DNA of 64,000 nucleotides from the human T2T-CHM13v2.0 reference genome, Homo sapiens: assembly GCF_009914755.1 (NCBI RefSeq), contig NC_060925.1, one strand, 5' to 3'. A program made the position numbers and the translations under genes. The notes under the pieces were generated by a model. The model made no database searches and was not told where the DNA came from. It saw only the letters and a program-made list of their open reading frames with translations. This document shows, piece after piece, positions 53,881-64,000 of this stretch; within the stretch, counting starts at the first letter, position 1; every line of letters begins with the position of its first letter.

Positions 53881-56800
53881 GTACTGGGTAATTGTACATT
53901 TATACACAGTACAGTCTTGAACTTAGCTTGGCTTCCAATTCTGGCTCCATTTTTACTAGGTTTTTGACTTAGTCGTGTTTTACTTAACTTTTGTAAGATC
54001 TCAGTTTCCTCACTCATAAAATGGGAATAATATTTTATAAGGTTGTAAAGATTATATAATTTATATAAATTGTATAGAGTGAAGCCAGAGCTTCATACAC
54101 AATAGGCACTTAATAGGCCTCTTTGCCATCATTATAGAAATTCTTATCATCAACATTATTTTTATTATAGAAATTCTAGCAATGTCTCATAGCTTTTTAT
54201 TAACTTTGTGAATTACTTATGTACACAGTGACACTATATTAATGTATTTATTTTTTAAAAATGTGCTTTTAAAATATTTTGCCTTGTGCTTAATATTACG
54301 ATATAGTAAACATTTCCCATCCCTTCAGCAAACCATTTCTCCAGCATTTATAAGGGAAGTCAATGGATTAAGCATGTTGTACGTGATGGAGAACTGCTTA
54401 TTTCACATTTAGACTGCATACACTGTATAAAGTCAGGATTGCTCATACAGTTATGTAATTTTGTGCTCCACATGTTTAAATAAGTAAAATTAAGAAAATG
54501 AAGATTTGATAGTTGACAAGTAAATGTAAACACTAGTGCTTAAAGAATGAAAGCAAGACCATTCTGTAGCCTAAACTAGATGCTGTCATCTGTGGGGGTT
54601 AGGGAAGATGCTAAGATCTGAGCCTGCTACCATGCTACTTCACGAACATCTGGCAGTGTGTCACTTCACAGGCAACAACATCTTCTCTAAACAGAAGAGA
54701 CTTGAATTCATCAGGGATTCCTGTAGTACAGTATATGCTTAAGTTAAGTACCTGCTTTCCCGTGATTTCCATAGATTATCATATTCATGACACTGTGGAG
54801 TGAAAGCATTCTTCTCACTCTCTAACTAGAACATGAAAAAGAAATTAAAACATTGGCAGGCACTTTGTCTCCAGTTTGTTGGACAAGTAAGAAAAGGACT
54901 TTCCATCCATTAATGTAAATGAAATTCGGTCAACTTAGAGCATTTAAACAAAGATGACATCAGCCTGTCTATTAATAAATTCTTGACAGGATAACAATTA
55001 CATTTGTAGTTGACTGTTTTTCTTTCAATAAATGTAGGTCAGTGGGTATTTTTAAGGAATGTATTTAAAATAAATTCGCAAACCCCAATAACTTTTCTCC
55101 TCATCTCTGTTAACCCAGAAAGTAACTTTAACATGCACATTCTTGCTTCTTAAGAGTGGTTTTCAGAACATTGTGGTCAAAGCCTTTTTAACACATGTGA
55201 CTGTGTAATTAAATATGTGTGTGCCTACTGTGCATATACACACATATACATACAATGCATATCCATAATACATATATGGTATCTATATTCTACCCCAATA
55301 TTTTGAACTGAATCCTATAGAAAGATTTAAAGCTACAGCGGGCTCTCTGTTATCTAGGGATGGTTTTTCCATTTAGGGATAATCTGGGCCCTTGTGTTAC
55401 TGCTTCTTTCTGACTTGTGCATTTCTTTCATTATTGACTATCAGAAAGGAAAGGTAAGAAAAGGTAATAAATTGATCTAGCTGGTTAGTCCTCTAGCCTT
55501 AGGAATCCATTTCGTAGAGGAAGAAGAAGTGAATTTAATGAATAAATTGAGTTTGGGGGGATTATGTGTGGAATTCACTAATCTACCTGGCCCAATACCC
55601 CATTAGTTAGATTTGAGAAAGTAAGTTTCTAAACAGAATCAGGATGAGATTTTCAATTTCATTTTGTGGAACGTCTTTCCAAGACAATGTGTTTTCTTTG
55701 TCTAGGGGAGTTTTGGAGATGGTATATGTTGATATATTTGAATATCAGTTATAAGTACTACCAAAACAGTGAATAATTTTACCTTCATTTATTACAAATT
55801 AAAAGCACAGCTCTATATTTCATCACATTTAAGATGCTATCATACATTGTTTATTAATACAATAAACAAGAAAATATAAGGAAAATATGTTGTTTAAAAT
55901 ATTACTAAAACTTTTTCACATTCAGCATCTGGTAACTTGACGATATAATCAATTGTAAGACAAACTGATTCAGAGGTATTAAAAATGAAAAAATGCATGT
56001 CTTAGATTTGGTAAAATGCATTGTGTTTTCTAAATACTTACTGGCTCAGTTCTAAGTCTCCTTCTCATCATTGTTAGTAGCCATAATACAGTAATGGCAT
56101 CTCATTACTCCTAGGGCGATGCTACATGGAAATTACATCATCATTCCTAAAACCCTATTTATGAATGAAAGTCCACATTTTGGATTATAAAACTTCAAAA
56201 TTTGCCATCATAGAAAAGCAAAGAATAAACCTTGTTCTACTTCCAGCATTATCCCAGAAAACGATGAGTGACTATCACAAAGAAAGAGAGGTGAGGGTGG
56301 ACATTACCGTATGTTCTTGAGTCGGGTTAAGTCCATACCTGAAAACTTCTGAGACAGGTGTCTTTATTGTTTCTTGACTCCATTTTCCTATCCATATCTC
56401 TTCTACTCTTCTAGAGGTATGTGGTGCTAAAGAATTTTTTAGGTTAAAGACTATGTACATTATATATTTGTATTTGTGTCTTCTAATGTGAATTCAAGGA
56501 GAAAATAGCATAAGCAATATTTGTTCCTTCAAAGAAACTCAGGATGTCCTAACCATTTTATAAGAGAATGATTTCCCTCTTGTATTTCTCCATGAATGTC
56601 TTTGCATGAGTTAAATATTTGAAAGGTTGACAGACTTAGTTATTTCTAGAAGAAGTTTCTGTTGATCAGTGTGCAGGGGTTAATTCTGGCACTGCCCCTT
56701 AGAGATATTTTTCTAGGGCAGAATGAGCCACAAAGAGAAAGATACACAGGACAGTGTCAATACAGCATCACTACGTCATTTAATGGCTGATGGTGGTTAT

Positions 56801-58482
56801 GGCAGCCAATAGTCTGAGGAAAGCAGATTTTCCCTGAATGATGAAAAAAAACCCATCATATTCAATAAAATCACAAACAAATACCATATATTCCTGTTAA
56901 CCATCCAATGATGAAACTGTATATGTGAATACACTAATGCATTCCTTAAATGCAAATTACTGCTAAATTTCTAAGTAAACTGTCTTCCACTTCAGAGCCA
57001 TTGTAATCCATCTCTTATGTCAGATGAACTGTGAGACTTATCCTTCTGATCGCATAGGATTTACTGCTTTTTGTCATTCATCTCTCACACTTGGTAATCC
57101 TTTTACCTCTTCCTTCCAAGTTTGTAATTTAAATGCACTCTATTCACAACTGAAAAAAGGACCATAGTGTAAATAGGATGTCTTTAAGTTACGGCCAAAG
57201 AAGTCATTACTGCTTATACAATGGTGTGGGTTCTATTACACAGAGGACAATATGAGGAGGCTCACTCTTCACTTGCTTTCATCAATGTTTTGTGTCAACA
57301 CACAGAATAAAGGGTGGGTGCTGAATTTGGGGTCTTCCCTTGCTTTGACTTGTTTCTTATGGTATTGCAACATTTTGTGTTTGAGAGAAAAGTCCTTGAC
57401 TACCAGCATTGGCCCCCATGAGTTCTTCAGTTTGTCATCAACATGGATTCTGATTTTATTGTTTGAAAGTTCTAAAATAGCAAATTGACAAAATTGGTAT
57501 TTACTCCTGAAAATCCTACGTGGCCATTTCAAAGAGAAGCACGTTTAGAAGAATTAAAAGGTGCATGTAAAATGCTTCCATAATATATTTTTAAGTGAAA
57601 GAGAAAGCAGGATTAGAGCAGCACATACAGTATGATCCTAATATAGTTTTTATTATACTTATGTATTTTCCTAATTTTCTACAGTGAGCACACACTACTT
57701 TTATAATGAGGAAAATGTTCTTAAAAGTATTGTCTTAAAAGTCACACTAACAGAAATGGTTATAAAAACCTATGCAGGAAGAAAATTACAATCATTATTA
57801 TGGTCACAATTGTTACCTTATATGTTTTTAAAATATGAATCTCAAATCGTAATTTAGAATGGTAGATATCAAAGAAATGTATGCTGTGGGAGGATGCATA
57901 TGTAATGACTACACAGATGGAAATATGATAAGTAGACCTGAGGCCCACTTCTAAAATATGGTTAAATACATAATAAGTAAGAAATGCTCATTCAGTTCAG
58001 CAAAGCACTGCATATGTTTGAGGATATAGATTTTTTTTATTCCTGAGAATATGAAACTCCTACATTTTAGGTCTATATGGGGTGTTGGCAAATTAATATC
58101 CTCCAAGAATTAAACTGTGATGCTAACTTTCCAAGAATTAAAACTATAATGTTAGCTTTTATTAGAGTGAGTTCTTTTCTATTTGCAGCTCTCAAAGAAG
58201 AAATACATTTAGGAGGATATACATATGAGAATATTTATATACAAAAACACAGATTAAAAGTTTGTCTTCCCAAATAAGTTAAACATTTAACTTAAACTAA
58301 TGTTTGCTGAGCACCTACAATTTTTTAGGTATTGATCCCTCTAGCTGGCTCCCTATTCAATGAGCACACCCAAACTGCCTGCACCACGACTGCCTTTTAA
58401 CGGGGGGGCTATAGTGCATCTTACCAAGACACAAGCTTAGGAGGTCCAGATATAAACTATAGCTGATGTAAAATGACAAATT

Positions 58483-58808
58483 GGTCATGCACAGTGGCAC
58501 ACACCTATAGTCCCAGAACTTCGGGGGGCCAAGGAAGGCAGATTACTTGAGCCCAGGAGTTGAAAACCAGCCTGGGCAACATGGTGAAACCTGTCTCTAC
58601 AAAAAATACAAAACTTAGCTGGGTGTGGTGGCATGCACCTGTAGTTCCAGCTACTCGGAAGGCTGAGGTGGAAGGATTGCTTGAGCCCAGGAGGTCAAGG
58701 CTGCAGGGAGCCAGGATTGTGTCACTGCACCCCAGCCTGGGCAGCAGAGGAAGACCCTGTCTCAAAATAAATAAATAAATAAAAGATACAAATATATAAA
58801 TATACAAA
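58483..58808 (+). mobile_element. AluJ, full length
   Basis: J-diagnostic ttgagcccaggag in both arms; (TAAA)n tail; TSD taaaatgacaaat at 58469-58481 and 58809-58821. Confidence 0.95.
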
Positions 58809-58964
58809 TAAAATGACAAATCATGGATTTACTATGGAAATGGGTAGTTTTTCTCACAGGATTAATTTTTGTACACAATCTCCTTTCTGCAGTGTTTTAT
58901 ATACAGATAAATTTGAGTTGTCTTTAGATATCTACCTCAGAAAATGCTCAAAAAGGCAACTCCA

Positions 58965-59260
58965 GGCCAGTGACTCACACCTGTAATTCTAGCACTTCGG
59001 GAGGCCGAGGCGGGTGGATCACCTGAGGTCAGGAGTTCGAGACCAGCCTAGCCAACATGGCGAAACCCCATGTCTACTAAAAATACAAAAAAAAAAAAAA
59101 AAAATTAGCCAGGCATAGTGGTGTGTATCTGTAATCCCAGCTACTCAGGAGGCTGAGGTAAGAGAATCGCTTGAACCATGGAGGCAGAGGTTGCAGTGAG
59201 CAGAGATCACACCACTGCATTCCAGCCTGGACAACAGAGCAGGACTCCATAAAAAAAAAA
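58965..59260 (+). mobile_element. AluSx-type with an expanded middle A-tract
   Basis: ggatcacctgaggtcaggagttcgagaccagcc; TSD gcaactcca on both flanks. Confidence 0.95.
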
Positions 59261-62200
59261 TGCAACTCCAGACCCCTGGAATAAAAGCATATGACAGGTT
59301 GAATGTGCTAACACTACAAAGTTTCCAAAATAAAATCTTTATTGATTGATTGACTGAATGCCTTGTAATTATCAAGTGTCGCTCATTTATCTGCTGCTTT
59401 CAACTATATGTGAACGTATGGATGAAGAAAGACTTCCTGAACAATCTTCACTAGAAGATCGTTTCAGAACCATATGCTAAAGCAAAGCTTTTTTATTGCT
59501 ATATAACTGCAGAGGACATTTACAGGAAGCTGGGTCAAGCACTCTTATCATGTTTCTTATGTACTAATTCAACCTATTTCCTAAGGTTTACCCACATTCA
59601 TTCTATAAAGTTAATACAGAGACAATTAGGAGAAAGACAATCCATTGTATACATATTGCAAGAAACTTTTAGTGTCGCTAGAATGTCGAAGATGCAATTT
59701 ATCATACTTTCTTTAGAACTTTTGCATCTTTATTCATAAGTGAAAATGGTCTATAATTTTGGTCTACAATTTTCTGGGTTGTACTATTGTCAGGATTTAG
59801 TATTAAAGTTGGTCAAGGTTCATAAATTTATTAGGGAGTTTTCTGTACCTTTCTATAAGTTGTAATTGTTGAAATAACATAGAAACTCTGATAAAACAAT
59901 TAGCTAGTCAGATGTGAAATCACTTGTGCCTGATATCTTTTTAATAATAAATTTTAAAATTTGCTTCCAATTCTATGGATGATTATTGACTACATAATCA
60001 ATTTGAGTAGTTTTTATTTGACAAGAAATTACTCCTCTCTCTAGATTTTCTGACCAAATAATTATATATAACACCTTTTCACTATTTAATTCTCTCCTGC
60101 GTTTGAGGTAACAGTAGAGAATTAAAGGATTCTGTTTTCATTCTTATAGAATACATTTTTGCTTCCTTTTTGCTTGAGATTTCATTGTAATTGTATATAT
60201 CTATTGATCTTTTCTTTTCAAATGTCACCTTTTGTTTTATTTTTCCTTTTCTTTCGGTTCTTCCTAAGACTGACCTTGCTGATGCAAGGGGGAAGTGACA
60301 TCCCTTAGAGGCCAGCACATCGTCTCCCAGTCCAGGCGGGTCTTCCACCCAGACTCTGGGCACCCTGAGCTCTCTTGATAATCTTCAGATTTTATTGTGA
60401 TAACACCTTCTTTTTCCCCCTTTTGTTTCCCACCCTGTCGTTAACCTTCTGCTTAAACTCTCTTTCCATTTCTCTTTCTTTTTAACATTTTTTTTTCTAA
60501 GCCAGAAACTTTTCCAACATACAAAGCCATTTAAAAACACACAGGTAGAAAGCAAGAGATAACTACAAAGTAGATTCCATGCTTCCTGGCTTCTGCATGG
60601 GGCAGGAACTGAGGAGGGCATCAAAAAAACATGGTTCAACAATATAAGCTGCATTGCTGTTTAAGTGCCTGGAAACAGCAGTGCCCATTGAAGAATACTG
60701 AACGTGGAATCAATACTCAATAAGGAGATTCAGGTTCTAGGGCTTTGTTTTAAATATTTTTTCTGCCAGATTCAAAAATTAACTCTTATCTAAGGAATCA
60801 GTCACCAAATTTCCCTTTTACTGTCGACTCAGAAGTTTAGATAACTACATAGAACCAAATGGAAGAAAAATATTCTAAGTTTTATAATCACATTTATTTG
60901 CTTCAAAACTTTCAAAAAACTTGTTTGTCTTTAATAACTCACATTTTGGTGGTTTAGCGCATATCATCTGAGGATTGATGTTGAATGAGTAAATTACTGT
61001 GCCAGTTGCAAACAGGAAAGAAAAAAAATAATGGAAGAGGATACAATAATATAATAATATTTAGTGACAACGGGAGAAAATCCCTCATTTTTTTTCACAG
61101 ACTTTGGGGACAGAAGGTTCTTTCCTTCAGGTATTGGGAATTTTGAACAACAAGCATTCATTAGAAAGCATACTAGGTGTGTGATTTATTGTGACTTCCA
61201 GTGACATAACAGAGCTCAAACAGAACAATATTTATTTGAAAAAAAAGCCATATGGCAGTGCATTCTATAATTCTGGCTTATGAACATTGAGAAGTGAATT
61301 TTTAGGCCATCTACAATGGGTCTCAGCACTTTAGTATGTCTCCAGAAGTCAGGTAACAGCTCTCCATGCTAGAAAACCATTCAAAGCAATGACATGGAAA
61401 TTAGCACACGAGTGTCCCGCTTTGCAGCCCAGTCCCTTGATTTCTGTGATTTGACAGGAAGATGATATCAAAGACTGCAGAAAAGTGTTAAGGGACAGCT
61501 CAAATGCTGGTGTGTGTGTGTGGTGGAGCAGGTGAGCAGTTAGGATTGTGTGTCATGGGCTGACAGGAGAGGGAGTGTCAGGCTACCACGTGGGTGAACA
61601 TGGGCCCTATCATAGAAAATATGCTTTTTGTTAGGATTCTCAATATCTAGAAGGAGGGGCAACCTTTCTGGCATGAATGTGCAACTGCTGTGAGGATCCA
61701 GTAAAAGGTCTTCTCAGGATTTGTTTAAAAAGGTCAGCTCAGGAACTACTGACCCCTCTGACTTCATCCTGACAGTTTCAGCCCTCTCACAAAATCACTC
61801 TTGTCACTTCTAGCCTCCTGTGCTTTTCTGAAAACAAAACCCTCTACCACCTGCCATCCATTATTCCACCAGCAAGCAACATGCGCTCTCTTCAGCTGAT
61901 ATTTCAATTTATTCGTGGTTAGATGTGCAGTAATCCTCTGACTGAAGCTGAGGGAGCAGTTTAAAGATTTAAAACAAAACAAAGCCAGTGCTTCAAACAT
62001 CTCTTCATGCAAAGCTTACCAGATGCAGAAATGTGGCTAATTCTCATCCACACAAAAGCTAAACGAAGACCCGCAGATGGTCAGTGCCTGCCCTCTGCAG
62101 AGGGAGAGGCAGGGTTGGCTCCAAGTAACAAATAATTATCCAGGCCCTTTGTAAATCAAGTTGTACCACTTCTCCTGTGAGCATCCACAAAGACGGCTGC

Positions 62201-64000
62201 ATATATTTGCTATTAGCTCCTTCTTTGTCTGGGGATTTTGTTAATGCCCTTTCTTCATATAAGTTTGTGTCGCCTTGTTCTCACATTTGACACCAACTGA
62301 AATAGCCTTGCAGAACCTTTGTTTCTATTTTCTTCAAAATGTGTATTCCTCAATGAGGTTTCATCTTAATCTCTTCTTTTCAAAAGGATATGAATTGAAC
62401 ATGCAGAGAATCAGCCTAACAGGACCGATTATCAATTTCCATTTCCTTTCAGCGCCTTTGCCACCCGTGGGCCACCTAGACAGCTTTCCTTGAAGACAAA
62501 GGGTGTCTGAAATGGACAACTTTATTTTATATACCAGTCTCTTAGCGGACGACAGAGCCTCATCGCCAGTAATAAATCCTTCTCCTGACCCTTTTATATA
62601 ATGCACAGCTGAGCTAAAAAGGAAATCAATGTTGCAATTTTAATTTAGCACTTTCATTCTGTTAATTTATCTAAAAAATCCTATGCCACGACTTTACCTT
62701 GTCAAAACAGCCAATTTGTGTCAATAGGAAAATGTGAAAATGCTCTGAGTCTCTCCTCTGCACCCCCAACCACGTTTTTAGTAGTATGGCTGTAAAAACC
62801 ATGGGGCACATACTAAGCCCTCCATGTTTTCCTGTAAGTACAAAGCTTCTTTTGCAAATGGTGTGAGCTCAGCAAGTTGAAGAAATATGGAGGGTCTTTA
62901 GCGAGAAAATAATCTGGGACCACAGTGTTAGTTAGCTTTGCTAAAGATGTTTGTGAAACTACTAAAATGGAATGCCAAGTGTCTAAGTATGTATTAATGG
63001 TGATGCCTGAGCATATTAGTCAACTAGGGATATTAAATCTTGATTAATCTCTGGGGAGAGTTCTAAGTAATAAATAACACTGTGTTTTCTGTCAGGGGAT
63101 CATAAAATAACTCTGGTTTTACTCTTTTCTCTCTGTATTTCACAACTCTAGAATAAGCCAGGGATAGAAACTTAATTTACTCTGGGAATGATGCTGCCAC
63201 AGGAGAATGAGGTCAACTCCACACCACACTGCACTAGTGCCATGGTGGAGATGCAGAGGGGTGGAGCCCCTGAGCAGGTGAGGACCTGCTACCTTTCCAG
63301 TAGGAATCTTGTGTCAAGAAATTGTTTCTTCAAGCCTTTATTCAAATATCACATTCTCAGTGGGAACTTTCCTAATCATCCCATTGACATTAAAATTCTT
63401 CCCTGCCTCCTGCCACTCATTGGCCTTCACTATATCCCTTCCATGACTTTTTCCCCTCTTGGCACTTCTGACTTTCAATATCACTTTATAATTTACTTAT
63501 TTTATTATCTATCCCCATTCCAATGATATGTAAGTATACTGCTGTTTACTAAATAATCCTCAGGGTATGGGACTGTTTTTAACATACTGCAGGTGCTCAA
63601 AAACATGTTTCCCAAAGAATTATCATGAGGTCACTTCTGGCCAGTTGTTTCTTGGGTGCAGGAATGGCTGCATTATATAGGTTGATGCATGTAACAACTC
63701 TGTTGGAAAGAAAACCACCTCTTGCTTTCAGGGTGCTTTTGAACTCTACAAGAGCTGAACTTGGTACGGGAGAAGGAGCCAAACTCCAAATCCAGGGTAA
63801 GGAATTAGCCCAAAGGTGGGCTTATAAACAGAGTCAGATCCTGGGACTTATGTGTGGCTGAAATAAAAAATAAACCTAGTTGGTTTGGGCTCGAAAAAAG
63901 GCTTCAGCTATTAGTCCAGCATGCTGTAAGCAAAGTAATTCAATGAGGGCCATTATAGCATAGGTACCATGCTTGGCACTGTAAGACAGACAACATCCTG

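Larger units (their letters stand above)
40712..64000 (-). other. DPYD: DPYD intron 20, 3' portion (continues beyond the window)
   Basis: No further DPD-like coding sequence seen upstream of the exon 21 acceptor. Confidence 0.85.

Noticed and set aside
58275-58294. 9-bp AT-rich inverted repeat TAAGTTAAA-CA-TTTAACTTA
   Set aside because: Short and AT-rich, within chance expectation, and the spacing does not fit an HNF1 site.
62068-62086. CTCF-like CCCGCAGATGGTCAGTG
   Set aside because: It mismatches at core positions and cannot be supported without ChIP data.

Overview
AT-rich, repeat-rich primate genomic DNA, almost certainly human chr1p21. It contains the 3' end of DPYD (dihydropyrimidine dehydrogenase) on the minus strand. 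The last three coding exons are at 40568-40711 (exon 21), 24422-24562 (exon 22) and 21067-21237 (exon 23 CDS). All have canonical GT-AG ends and phase-0 junctions, and together they encode residues 875-1025, including both C-terminal CxxCxxCxxxC [4Fe-4S] motifs. A 3'UTR of about 1.2 kb ends near 19835. Bases 1 to about 19830 are downstream intergenic DNA, and 40712-64000 is part of intron 20. The rest is mostly transposon debris (Alu, L1, L2, MIR, MaLR/ERVL/ERV1 LTRs, Tigger and Charlie DNA elements) and microsatellites. Only two ORFs in the track overlap real exons; the others look spurious. I see no evidence for a novel biological system. The best leads are regulatory: a near-consensus p53 element in an ERV1 solo LTR downstream of the gene, an intact ERV9/LTR12 promoter pointing antisense into exon 21, twin miR-27 sites bracketing the stop codon, and a proximal poly(A) signal. 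Repeat subfamily names and exon/residue numbering come from recall and should be confirmed with RepeatMasker and alignment.
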